From Bacteroidales bacterium (GTDB lineage Bacteria > Bacteroidota > Bacteroidia > Bacteroidales > UBA3663): a stretch of 64,000 nucleotides of DNA. Below are positions 1 through 9,368 of the stretch, piece by piece. Within the stretch, counting starts at the first letter, position 1, and each line of letters opens with the position of its first letter. The stretch lies in assembly GCA_017548545.1 (NCBI GenBank), contig JAFYZW010000127.1:24201-88200 (forward strand). Reading direction: 5' to 3'. The notes below the pieces were generated by a model, which had not been told where the DNA came from, searched no databases, and saw only the letters and a program-made list of their open reading frames with translations. A program made the translations under genes and the position numbers.

Positions 1-613
1 GTTCAGGGTTAATATCTTGATTCATTTGGTTGGCACCGTAGTAACTCTCATTGTGTGGTAATTTGACGGGCCCCACAACGTCGAAGCGAGGAGTAAAATC
101 CCCATAGGATTGGCCGATGAAGTAATCGCGTGCTGATCCTGTAGCACCATCATCGGAAAAGTCCACCTCATTTAGTTGGCGTGTGTAACGCAGGCTGTCG
201 TGCCCTTCTTGAAACTTGATGTCTTCAAAATCCACGAGGATGACGAGTCCTCGTACCTCGCCTATGGTAGGGAAGTTGGTGATGCGGCCTGAATCATCAT
301 TGTTGGAAAGTAAATGTGGTGGTATCGCACGCTTGCCGAAGGCCTCGGCTCTGGATTGGCTTCTCTGTTGTTGCCGTACTTCTATGTCAGCATCAGAGAG
401 CCATTGCCATTGGCCTTTTGCATCGAGATCGAGAGCCCTACCATCAGTGGTGATGAACCAATGTCCATATTCATCACCAACCAACCGGCATGTCACTTCG
501 GCACCATCGGCAAGGGTGATTTTCTGAAGACCTGGATAGGCGGGGATGGCGGATACTGAGAGTGAGCAGCTCAGGAGGAAAGCGGTTAACGATGTTTTAT
601 GGAAAATTTTCAT
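1..613 (-). CDS. M6-family (immune inhibitor A-like) metalloprotease, N-terminal part; the 3' end runs off the window
   Basis: Not in the ORF track because it is open at the window edge. Hand translation of the reverse strand from the ATG at 613-611 is uninterrupted to base 1. It reads MKIFHKTSLTAFLLSCSLSVSA (signal peptide) ... GEVRGLVILVDFEDIKF ... GSARDYFIGQSYGDFTPRFDVVGPVKLPHNESYYG, which fits my recollection of the start of the M6 metalloprotease domain. The + ORFs 216..527 and 314..559 are antisense shadows. Confidence 0.6.
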   Translation of the reverse strand, partial: MKIFHKTSLTAFLLSCSLSVSAIPAYPGLQKITLADGAEVTCRLVGDEYGHWFITTDGRALDLDAKGQWQWLSDADIEVRQQQRSQSRAEAFGKRAIPPHLLSNNDDSGRITNFPTIGEVRGLVILVDFEDIKFQEGHDSLRYTRQLNEVDFSDDGATGSARDYFIGQSYGDFTPRFDVVGPVKLPHNESYYGANQMNQDINPE

Positions 614-634
614 ACTAGATGAATTGACAATAGA

Positions 635-2359
635 TTATCTTATGGCGCGGATGAATGGCTGACCTGTTGCAGGGTGGGTGATGCGTCGTCCGCTGAGGTC
701 AAAGAGATATGTGTTCTTTGCCTGCTGTGGCAAGTCGTTGGAAATCTGCTCTATGCTTGCAGGGATTTCTCCGCTAGGCCAAACGTTCAGTCCGTTTTGG
801 ATATAGCCTGTTCTAGGGTCGATAACTATGCCAACGACGTGGAGTTGCTTCTTGTCGAGCACTGTTGTAGGTAGCGGAAGTATATAGTCAAAAGAGTATT
901 CCCGCATGGCCTCCATATCTCCTTCATAGAGTGTGACACCATCAAACGAGGGGAAGCATCCACGTGCTATGTCCATAAAAATAACGTCTGTGGTGATGTA
1001 GGCTTTGTCTTCCCATCCGTAGAAGGGGCCCGAGTAGTTTTGTGAACTGCTGGAATAATAATTGGTTTGATAATACCCATGTCCTGTGATGCTGTCTTCA
1101 ACAAGCACGAATGCGGCATTGTAATGTGCTCCACTGAGGTTCTGGTCACTCAAGATTGTAGCATGGCATAGGATGGCCGAAGCATCATCATTCCATTCGG
1201 CTGTCATGCTGTATGCGATGTGGTTCTCGGCAGTGGTCTCCAATTGGTAGAGGGTTTCAATGTCGTAGAAGGGATCGCCTTGCAGACGTCGACCGACCGT
1301 ACAGCTTGGAGCCCCAGTGAAACGACTAATGAGTGGTGCATAAGTGTAAGTGCTGTCGGAAGAAATCTCAAGCGCATCACCCCCATGCACAGCAATAGCA
1401 ACGAATCGATTAGGGTGAGCCTCTTTCATGAGCTCCATGCCTACCATGCCTCGTGGACAAAAACCGCACCAGAAACCCGAATACTCTTCACAGATTACGC
1501 GACGGGTAAAACGCTCATCGGGTACGGTGAAAGAACATGAAGCGGTGTTGTTGCCGGTATATTCATCGGGCACGCCATTGACAGATTCAATGCTTATGCT
1601 GAGGGTATGCTGACCGAAGCCGTAGTCGGCAGGGATAACAAGTTCAAAAGTGTCTCGTCCGTTGACTGGAATTGTGTGATCATATCTAATGGTCTCAGTA
1701 TCGCCATTGTCAATACTCCACTGCAAGGTGTACCGTTCGACTTCTGTAATTCCCATGTTTCGTACGGTAGTCGAGAAACTGATGCTTTCGGCTTCCGGGT
1801 CAACACGTTGGTTAGGCAACGTGCCGATAGCCAGTTCGTGCTTTGGCATGTGTTCTCCTTCGACCATAGCCTTGATGCAAAGCGAGCCCCCGCAAGAGGT
1901 CCACTTGGAACTCTGGTTGATCAGGATTTGATCGGCAAGCGAGTTCTTGGCGTCGCTGAATCCAAAGGCGTTACTTTCGGCGCCACGGAATCGGCATCCG
2001 ATGGCGAGGTCTTTCCCTTGCGTAATCTCGAAGGGAGTGTCAAGATTGATGACATTCCAACCTTCGGTTAAGCCGTCCGAGATAGTCTGTCGATAGAGAG
2101 GATTGGCATCGTGTGGATTGTTCTTGATGTATATAGTGACATTGGTCGCACTTGATTTCATTCCGATGAGCACCTGGGTGATGCTGTTGCCTATGTAGGG
2201 GGTCAGGTCTTCAGCTACGAACTGAACATAAGGGGTATAGATTACGCCAGCCTCGCCGAAACCATGGTCGATATCCTCGCAGTATGCAAGCTCTACCTGG
2301 GCCTGCAAGATACCTATACTGCAGAGCATGAGAAGCAAAAGGAGTGAAAGATGCTTCAT
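635..2359 (-). CDS. T9SS-secreted protein with a thioredoxin-like CxxC segment
   Basis: Signal peptide MKHLSLLLLLMLCSIGILQAQ. Central EEYSGFWCGFCPRGMVGME resembles a thioredoxin-fold WCxxC active site. The C-terminus NTYLFDLSGRRITHPATGQPFIRAIR resembles a T9SS C-terminal sorting domain. The architecture is reminiscent of P. gingivalis HBP35, from memory. Confidence 0.6.
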   Translation of the reverse strand: MKHLSLLLLLMLCSIGILQAQVELAYCEDIDHGFGEAGVIYTPYVQFVAEDLTPYIGNSITQVLIGMKSSATNVTIYIKNNPHDANPLYRQTISDGLTEGWNVINLDTPFEITQGKDLAIGCRFRGAESNAFGFSDAKNSLADQILINQSSKWTSCGGSLCIKAMVEGEHMPKHELAIGTLPNQRVDPEAESISFSTTVRNMGITEVERYTLQWSIDNGDTETIRYDHTIPVNGRDTFELVIPADYGFGQHTLSISIESVNGVPDEYTGNNTASCSFTVPDERFTRRVICEEYSGFWCGFCPRGMVGMELMKEAHPNRFVAIAVHGGDALEISSDSTYTYAPLISRFTGAPSCTVGRRLQGDPFYDIETLYQLETTAENHIAYSMTAEWNDDASAILCHATILSDQNLSGAHYNAAFVLVEDSITGHGYYQTNYYSSSSQNYSGPFYGWEDKAYITTDVIFMDIARGCFPSFDGVTLYEGDMEAMREYSFDYILPLPTTVLDKKQLHVVGIVIDPRTGYIQNGLNVWPSGEIPASIEQISNDLPQQAKNTYLFDLSGRRITHPATGQPFIRAIR

Positions 2360-2383
2360 TTCTTAATTATTGATAAAAGACAC

Positions 2384-2408
2384 CTGCACGGGAGCGGTTG
2401 CCGTGCAG
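2384..2408 (-). terminator. Hairpin between the 1495-aa and 574-aa genes (possible weak terminator or processing site)
   Basis: CTGCACGG-N9-CCGTGCAG, an 8-bp perfect stem. On the minus strand it is followed by GTGTCTTTTAT. Confidence 0.35.
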
Positions 2409-2433
2409 ATGTCTGATGATGTGGATAAATGGA

Positions 2434-5400
2434 TTACTTGATAATTACCTTGGCCGTCTTTTCGCCCTGACGAAGCAGATAAATACCGGGTTCAACCTTG
2501 CTTTCGATGCGGCGTCCGTCGATTGAGAAGATTTCGACTGGTTCGTTGCTCATCCAGATTTCACCGATATTGGTAATCACTTCAATCTCTATGACGTTGG
2601 TGGCGTTCGATTCGCCTTCTGCCCATAAAGCGGTGACGAAGTATTCGTGTTCGCCCACACTGGACTCATCGCAGAAAGTGGTCTCCTGTACCTTTTCGGC
2701 AATAAGCTGGCCATCCCGGTAGACGTTGTATCCTAGGAAGGTGAGCTTCGTAGTGGCACCATAGAGCGGTGTGTATTCGATGTCGTCGATGAAGGCTACC
2801 GTGGTAGCGTTACCATCGTTCCAGTTGCGGATAGCGAAATACTTGGCATCCTCAGGTAGTGTGTATTCGAGTTTTACCCAAGCCGTGGTGCCTACAATCT
2901 GGTCGCCATCGACATGCTGGAAGCTCTCAACTTGCTGATCGGTGTTGGAGTAGAGGAGCTCGACGTTCTGTGGGTCGGAACCTTCGTTGGGGACGCGGTA
3001 GTAGAAATTCACGTCACTGCCGCCCTGCACATCGCTCGAAATCAACCAGTCGTCGGTAGGCATGGTGGTTGAAACGCCATCCGATGCTGTCCAAGAAGCG
3101 ATGTACTTCGAGCCGGAGTGTGGCGTGAGCACGTCAAAACGCTCCAAACTGAAGCCGGCTTCCTCAGGAGCCCATACCTGCCATGCTTTGGCATCGAAAT
3201 TGTTGGGGATGCTAGGTCCGCCGAAATAAACAGTAATAGCTCCATCGCCGTCGTAGGTCTTCCAGTCACCGATACCGTCGATGATGAATGATTCATAGTC
3301 ATCAAAGCCATCAACTACCGGATCGACGATTTCGTCGGTCGCGGGGGCTGTCCAGCTCAGATTGATGCCCTTGTCATCTTGTGTGGCCTCAAGGTCAGAG
3401 GCTGCTGGCAGGTTGCTCCCCTTGACGTAGAACTGGTAATCGGCAGTATTGTTGGCATCATTTGTGTCGCCATCGGCCTGTACAACTGCATTGACGGCAT
3501 AGGTCTTGCCTGCGCATGCCTTATTGAGAACGATATCGTAGTTGAGTATGCCAATCTCGCCAGCATTAAGGGCGTGCGTACCTATCACTTCTTCATCGGT
3601 GGTGTTCTCGCCATCAGAAAGGGTGATGGCAACCTTGTAGTCGCTCAGTTCGTTCATGCCATAGTTGGCCACGGTAAAGGTGAGAGTCTGAGTCTCGCCG
3701 GCAGAGATACGCTTGTTGCCACTGATACCTATGAGGGCTGCATCAACTTCCACACCATCGGCAATGGCAATCTTGTCGATGAAAAGCGAGGCAGATGGGA
3801 CGGTAGTAATGCCTCGGAAGGCGATTTGGACGTTGCTGGGAGAAAATCCTTCTGGTGCGGCAGGGGTATCGAGTGCGAACGAACTGCGTGTCCACCCTGT
3901 GGCTCCATTGTTGTAGTCCACTGTGCCAATCTTCTGCCATTCACCGTCATTGTAGCTTGCCAAAACCTCGAGCACCACGTCTTCGGGGTCAGCCTCCATG
4001 CCATGATACATGAAGAAGCTGAGTTCTGCCTTCGTCAGGGTACTAAGGGCTACGCGCGGACCCTGCATGATCTGGCTGTTGCTATCTTCTGCCTTGTAAG
4101 TGTAGTAAAGCATGCCGCCATCTTCGTCGTAGGGCTTCACAGCGAGACTTGCGCCGTTGCTGATGCTCCAAGCGTAGTCATAGCTCGAAGCGAAAAGTGT
4201 CCAGGGCCCTTGGTTGGCAAATGCCCATGCAAAACTCTCTTGGTATGGAGTCTCCCAAGGTGTGCCAAGGGTAATGCTGAACTGTGTGCCTTCGCTCGTG
4301 CCAGCTTCATTGGTGGCAAACAGGGCATAGGTCACCAAGTCTTGGCCCCAGTAGCTGAAGAAGGTTTCATCGATGGTACTGAGATCGGTGGTTGTTGCCA
4401 CTTGCTCCCAGTGATTTTCCCAGTTGTACTCATTGTACTTGCAGAGGGTGTAAGTTACCTTTTCGGGAGCCACATAGCCACCATGTGCACCGGTTGCGGG
4501 TACTGCACTCCAACTAACCGATGGTTTGATGTCGGCAGTCTGGTGGTATTCTGTGATGACAGGAGCGACAGGAGTATCGAGACCTACCCAGATGGTGACG
4601 GAGGCAGGGGCGCCTTGACCAACAGCATTGAAGCAAGTAATGGTATAGGCGGCTTCGCCATTGCTCACCGTTGTGTCTTCGTAGGTAAGGGTCTCGCCTG
4701 GCTTGCCTTCGAGAGTGGCTATCCGTTGCCCGTTGCGGCAGATTTCTACTGAAGAGATTTCGTTGAGGGCATCACCCTTGAAGGTTGTGGTGGGCAGCGT
4801 GAACGTCAGCGTGCTGCTGAGTGCGCCACCTGCACCAGGTATGGCACTAACATTGCTTGAAGCTGCAGGGGCGTCGAAGAATGAGTAAACCTCGATGCCA
4901 ATATTGTCGAGAGCGTAGTTGGAACTGTAAACAGGTGCGCAACTGTGGAAGGCTATGTTCCAGAGTCCGTCGGCTGGGACGCTGAAGTCGGTGACTTGTC
5001 GCAAGTTGTCGTTGCGGTAGTCGAAGTCATATTTGGCAAGGGTTGTTGTCATTGCTTCGATGGTGTTGCCTTGACCGAGATAGACGTTAAGGTATTCGTG
5101 CGTCAGACCCACATCGATGGCATCGAACGTAAGACGATACTGCACGTCCTTCTTGAGTTGGATAGATGGAGTGATGAGATAGTCATCCATGCCCTTGCCA
5201 CCACCGGGATTATAGTCAGGATCATACATGCCGTTGGCCATGAGGTAGGCTGTCTGTTGTGATTCCTGATACTTCCAGCCAGCTCCGTCGGCGTTGTTGT
5301 CGATAACGGTGAAGAGGTTCCAATCGTCCTGTGAAAGGAACTCCTCGGAATAATCGGGTACCCAGATGCTGCCCGAGACAATGTCGTTGGATGTAACAGA

Positions 5401-6921
5401 AACGTTGTTGTCGGTCATTTCGCTTACGAACGATGTTACCTCCCAGGTGTAATGATTGTGGGCGGAGGGAAGTTCGTCGGTAAGTGTGGTCTCTGCGGTG
5501 GCTTCAGTTAAGACTTTTTCGTCGGGATGACGAATTACATAGTACCTCACATCGGCATCGTCGAAAGCCCCACCATTGATTGAAGCTGTTGGCGCGGTCC
5601 ATGTCAAGGTGACGGTGTTGCCATCGAGGGTTGCAGTGAGATTCTCAACTCCCGTGGGTTGGTCAATACCGAGGTAGCCTTCCCAAATGCGTTCGGGGCC
5701 AATGCCCCCCTCGCCTTCGAGAGTTATGATTACCTCATGATCTCCATCGGCTAGGTTTAGAGGCACTTCAGCTTCTGCGCCTGGTTCAAGGGAGAGAGTC
5801 TGTTCTGTGCCATCGACCACAATGTGTGTTGTTAGTGAGCCTGTGAGAGCTTCTCCCGTAGTGTATGTGGTGGTGGGAGCGGTAAAGCAGAGTTTGCCGG
5901 CCTCATAGCTGATGCCTGTAGCTGCAGCAGGTGCTGCTGCAGGCGCATACTTGATGAATGCTCCCTGAAGGTGTTCGTCGTTGGGCATATCGCTTACGAA
6001 TGTACACTCGCATGTCTGACAGTCAATGGTATAGATATACGACTCTGCAGCGTATCCGTTGCCCGGCACGCGAGGAACAATCCAGTACGTGGTTCCTGTG
6101 GCGGGGTCAGTGACGGCAGTTTCGGAGTTTGGATAACGACCAAACGGGATGTCAAGCTCTCCCACCAACTCATAGCTTCCATCGGTCTTGCTGATTCGGT
6201 AGAGCTCCTTGGTGTTGTAGGGGATGCCGTAGAGTTGGCCTTTGTTATCGAAGAAGAGGGTTTGGACAAAGATTTGGTCAATCATACCTACCTCGACTGC
6301 TGTCTTGGTGTCGAGGTCGATCTCCATGAGTGGACGTGCAGTGCGATAGGTGTTCCAGTCGAGTTGGCCCCAGAAGACGAAGTAAGCTTTGCCGGTGGTC
6401 TCGTCGAAGGCTGCAACTTGGCGCAAGTAGTCGTCGCGTTCGCAGATGACGTCGGTGCTTTCAAGTTCCCAGGTCGAGGCGTCGTAGGTCTTCATGATAC
6501 ATTGGGTACTCTCCATTTCGAGGGTATAGAACTTGCCACGTGCATAGAAGGCGGTGGAGCCTCCTAGTTCGGGGCTGACATCGCGCTTGGTTGTTTGGGG
6601 TGCGGCATGGAAACGGATGACGTTGTAGGGGCCGCCTGACACATCGTTGTATCCGCTGTCCTGGTGCTTGAGGCCATAGAGGACGGGATAGTCGGCTTGG
6701 TTGGGTCGCGCACTAACGTGGCGTTTTTCCGACGAAAGGGAGGGGATTCCCAGACGGATGACGGGTGCTGAGTTTGTGCGAACAACCTGAAGTTCACGCG
6801 TGTTTGTGCCCTGATGGGAGGCGGGAAGGGCATTGGAAAAGTTAGTGCGGAGCGTTTGGGCTGCTGCGCCTACACCGATGGCTGCTGCCATCATGAGGGG
6901 TAGGAAACGGATTGCTTTCAT
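2434..6921 (-). CDS. Large T9SS-secreted adhesin-like surface protein with repeated Ig/Fn3-like and choice-of-anchor-J/cleaved-adhesin-like modules
   Basis: Signal peptide MKAIRFLPLMMAAAIGVGAAAQ. There are repeated modules with W..D.DGDG/NADGAGW motifs (VIDNNADGAGWKY, WKTYDGDGAI). The C-terminus EIFSIDGRRIESKVEPGIYLLRQGEKTAKVIIK is a typical T9SS sorting domain. Confidence 0.65.
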   Translation of the reverse strand: MKAIRFLPLMMAAAIGVGAAAQTLRTNFSNALPASHQGTNTRELQVVRTNSAPVIRLGIPSLSSEKRHVSARPNQADYPVLYGLKHQDSGYNDVSGGPYNVIRFHAAPQTTKRDVSPELGGSTAFYARGKFYTLEMESTQCIMKTYDASTWELESTDVICERDDYLRQVAAFDETTGKAYFVFWGQLDWNTYRTARPLMEIDLDTKTAVEVGMIDQIFVQTLFFDNKGQLYGIPYNTKELYRISKTDGSYELVGELDIPFGRYPNSETAVTDPATGTTYWIVPRVPGNGYAAESYIYTIDCQTCECTFVSDMPNDEHLQGAFIKYAPAAAPAAATGISYEAGKLCFTAPTTTYTTGEALTGSLTTHIVVDGTEQTLSLEPGAEAEVPLNLADGDHEVIITLEGEGGIGPERIWEGYLGIDQPTGVENLTATLDGNTVTLTWTAPTASINGGAFDDADVRYYVIRHPDEKVLTEATAETTLTDELPSAHNHYTWEVTSFVSEMTDNNVSVTSNDIVSGSIWVPDYSEEFLSQDDWNLFTVIDNNADGAGWKYQESQQTAYLMANGMYDPDYNPGGGKGMDDYLITPSIQLKKDVQYRLTFDAIDVGLTHEYLNVYLGQGNTIEAMTTTLAKYDFDYRNDNLRQVTDFSVPADGLWNIAFHSCAPVYSSNYALDNIGIEVYSFFDAPAASSNVSAIPGAGGALSSTLTFTLPTTTFKGDALNEISSVEICRNGQRIATLEGKPGETLTYEDTTVSNGEAAYTITCFNAVGQGAPASVTIWVGLDTPVAPVITEYHQTADIKPSVSWSAVPATGAHGGYVAPEKVTYTLCKYNEYNWENHWEQVATTTDLSTIDETFFSYWGQDLVTYALFATNEAGTSEGTQFSITLGTPWETPYQESFAWAFANQGPWTLFASSYDYAWSISNGASLAVKPYDEDGGMLYYTYKAEDSNSQIMQGPRVALSTLTKAELSFFMYHGMEADPEDVVLEVLASYNDGEWQKIGTVDYNNGATGWTRSSFALDTPAAPEGFSPSNVQIAFRGITTVPSASLFIDKIAIADGVEVDAALIGISGNKRISAGETQTLTFTVANYGMNELSDYKVAITLSDGENTTDEEVIGTHALNAGEIGILNYDIVLNKACAGKTYAVNAVVQADGDTNDANNTADYQFYVKGSNLPAASDLEATQDDKGINLSWTAPATDEIVDPVVDGFDDYESFIIDGIGDWKTYDGDGAITVYFGGPSIPNNFDAKAWQVWAPEEAGFSLERFDVLTPHSGSKYIASWTASDGVSTTMPTDDWLISSDVQGGSDVNFYYRVPNEGSDPQNVELLYSNTDQQVESFQHVDGDQIVGTTAWVKLEYTLPEDAKYFAIRNWNDGNATTVAFIDDIEYTPLYGATTKLTFLGYNVYRDGQLIAEKVQETTFCDESSVGEHEYFVTALWAEGESNATNVIEIEVITNIGEIWMSNEPVEIFSIDGRRIESKVEPGIYLLRQGEKTAKVIIK

Positions 6922-6999
6922 AAGATTGTTTTTTTTATGGTTAAAACTCTAGGAATAGGAAGTATGCGTAAGGGGAAAGGCGTTGCGTGGACTGCCGTG

Positions 7000-8028
7000 T
7001 CATTTGATCCAGGGGAGGATGGCGAGAATGATACCGACGAGTTGGATGATGAGTATCCACCATTCGACAAGGGGATGATGAGCATTGGCTTGATGGATGG
7101 TGAGCAGTAGGGCAAGCAACAAGGCGAGGGTGACAAGGTGAATGGAGAGGTGGGAAGCATCGAGGATGAGCAGTACAATGAAGGCAATGCTGATTATAGA
7201 GAGCATCATGATCGACGCTTCGGCTCGCACGCTTTGTCCCAAATCGACGGCAAGGCTGGTGAGTGTGTGAATGAGTAGGAGCAGAACCACATAAACCAAT
7301 AGGGCGAGTTGCCAAGGGGAAAAAAGGGTTTGAGTGGTATGATGAGCTTGAGGGGGTTGAAAGGTTGGAAGTGGCGCGCTTAGGAGACGATATGGGCTAT
7401 AGGCTATGATCATCTGGTCGGCAGCTTCAATGCCCCCCTCTTTACTTCCCAATAATGGGAGGATGCAGAGGATGAGATAGATGATCCAGATACCGAGCAC
7501 GGTGCCGGTGATGGCACTGAGCAGGTTTCGGGGACTAAGACAACGCATATAATATCCCGCGATAGGCAGCAGAAGTACGAGGAGGATGAGGTGGGGATGT
7601 AGGGTGGAGATAAGGCCGATGATGAGACCGAGCAACAAATGCTTGATGATGGCTATACGCCGCTGCCAAAGGCTCATCTGGAGCGAGATGATGGTGATGA
7701 TAGCGAGCTGCTGCAAAAGGGGAGTTAAGGGGGTTGAGAGGGTTGAAGGGTTTGAGAGGTTTGAGGGGAAGAGACAGATGACCGAGCATTGCACTACGGT
7801 GAGTAGAGGCCAACCGATGGCGAAGGCCTTGACACTGGCTCCTCCGTCGAGTCGGAAACGTGCGACAATATGTCGGATGCCTAAAGTGAGCAGTCCGGCA
7901 ATGATCCAACCGAGGATGAGTGTTCGTGGTGGAGCAGTGTCCAACAGCATGAGCGCCACAACAAGCCCTAGGCTCAAGAAGATGAGCAAGGGGGTGATGT
8001 GGCGATATGTGGTCAGGGGAGCATACAT
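7000..8028 (-). CDS. Hypothetical polytopic inner-membrane protein
   Basis: 342 aa, almost entirely hydrophobic helices, with no motif I recognise. It starts 2 nt after the purD stop. It carries an in-frame 9-bp repeat insert encoding PSNLSNPSTLSTPLTPL. Confidence 0.5.
   Translation of the reverse strand: MYAPLTTYRHITPLLIFLSLGLVVALMLLDTAPPRTLILGWIIAGLLTLGIRHIVARFRLDGGASVKAFAIGWPLLTVVQCSVICLFPSNLSNPSTLSTPLTPLLQQLAIITIISLQMSLWQRRIAIIKHLLLGLIIGLISTLHPHLILLVLLLPIAGYYMRCLSPRNLLSAITGTVLGIWIIYLILCILPLLGSKEGGIEAADQMIIAYSPYRLLSAPLPTFQPPQAHHTTQTLFSPWQLALLVYVVLLLLIHTLTSLAVDLGQSVRAEASIMMLSIISIAFIVLLILDASHLSIHLVTLALLLALLLTIHQANAHHPLVEWWILIIQLVGIILAILPWIK
7721..7774 (-). repeat. 9-bp-periodic repeat array, locus A, inside the membrane-protein CDS
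   Basis: The plus strand reads ggagttaag ggggttgag agggttgaa gggtttgag aggtttgag gggaagaga. The reverse complement gives CTCAAACCT/CTCAAACCC/TTCAACCCT/CTCAACCCC units. Confidence 0.85.
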
Positions 8029-8030
8029 GG

Positions 8031-9368
8031 TCAGAGGGCGAGATCGCGGCCGATGTCGCGGCGATAGTATTTGCCTTCGAACTGGATGAGTTCGGCACCA
8101 CGCATCGATTGGGCGAGGGCTTCGGATAGTGTGGGGCCATAGGAGGTGACAGCGATGACGCGTCCGCCTGCGGTGACGATGGCATCGTCCTTCCGGGCTG
8201 TGCCTGCATGGAAAAGGATGGAGCGGCGAGCCGAGTCGGCGGGGGAGACGATGCCTTGGGTGAATAGTGGGTTGTCCATCCCTGTCATTACTTTGCCCTT
8301 TTCGTACGAACCAGGATAGCCGCCGCTGACGAGCATGACGGTGACGGCGGCGCGCGGATCGACTTCGAGAGCCTTCTGGTCGAGGTCGCCATCAGCTACA
8401 CCGAGGAGGAGTTCGACAAGGTCGCTCTGGATGCGGGGCATGACAACTTCGGTCTCGGGGTCGCCCATGCGGACGTTGTACTCGATGACCATGGGATCGC
8501 CGGCATGATATTGCTGGATGTCGCGGTCGATGCGGATGAGGCCCAGGAAGATGAAGCCCTGATAGCGGAGCCCTTCTTGCCGGAGGCCTGCGATGGTGGG
8601 GCGGACGATGCGTTCCTCGACCTTGTGCATAAACTGCTCGTCGGCGAAGGGTACGGGCGAGCAGTTGCCCATGCCTCCGGTGTTGGGGCCTGTATCGCCT
8701 TCGCCTATGCGCTTGTAGTCCTTTGCGACGGGCAGGATCTTGTAGTGCAGGCCGTCGGTGAGCACGAAGACGGAGCATTCGATGCCTGAGAGGAACTCCT
8801 CGATGACGACGATGGCCGAAGCTGCGCCGAACATGCCGTCGAGCATGGCGCGGAGTTCGCGTCGGGCTTCGTCGAGGGTGGGGAGGATGAGCACGCCCTT
8901 GCCGGCTGCCAGTCCGTCGGCCTTGAGCACATAGGGTGCCTGGAGCTGCTCAAGGAAAAGGCAGGCTTCGTCGTACTGACTGGCATTGAACGAACGATAG
9001 CGGGCCGTGGGGATGGCGTGGCGCGTCATGAACCCCTTGGCGAAGTCCTTTGAGCCTTCGAGCTGGGCTGCGGCACGGCTTGGACCGATGACGCGGATGG
9101 CCTGGAGCCGAGGGTCGCCCTTGATGTAATCGTAGATTCCATTGACCAAGGGGTCTTCGGGGCCTACCACGATCATGCCGATGTTCTGTTGGAGGCAAAA
9201 TTCGCCTATCTTGTCAAATTCGCCCACCTTGATGGGGACGTTCAGGCCATAGGCTGATGTGCCTGCGTTGCCCGGGGCGATGAAGAGTTGTTCACACTTG
9301 GGGCTTTGTGCCAGTTTCCAGGCGATGGCGCATTCGCGGCCGCCACTGCCGAGTAAGAGGATGTTCAT
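8031..9368 (-). CDS. purD: Phosphoribosylamine--glycine ligase
   Basis: [19 protein letters not shown], an ATP-grasp core, and [15 protein letters not shown] are all hallmark PurD motifs. Confidence 0.95.
   Translation of the reverse strand: MNILLLGSGGRECAIAWKLAQSPKCEQLFIAPGNAGTSAYGLNVPIKVGEFDKIGEFCLQQNIGMIVVGPEDPLVNGIYDYIKGDPRLQAIRVIGPSRAAAQLEGSKDFAKGFMTRHAIPTARYRSFNASQYDEACLFLEQLQAPYVLKADGLAAGKGVLILPTLDEARRELRAMLDGMFGAASAIVVIEEFLSGIECSVFVLTDGLHYKILPVAKDYKRIGEGDTGPNTGGMGNCSPVPFADEQFMHKVEERIVRPTIAGLRQEGLRYQGFIFLGLIRIDRDIQQYHAGDPMVIEYNVRMGDPETEVVMPRIQSDLVELLLGVADGDLDQKALEVDPRAAVTVMLVSGGYPGSYEKGKVMTGMDNPLFTQGIVSPADSARRSILFHAGTARKDDAIVTAGGRVIAVTSYGPTLSEALAQSMRGAELIQFEGKYYRRDIGRDLAL

Noticed and set aside
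216-559. Plus-strand ORFs 216..527 and 314..559 at the left edge.
   Set aside because: The opposite strand carries an uninterrupted frame from the ATG at 613 to base 1, with a signal peptide and M6 protease motifs. The plus ORFs are its antisense shadows.
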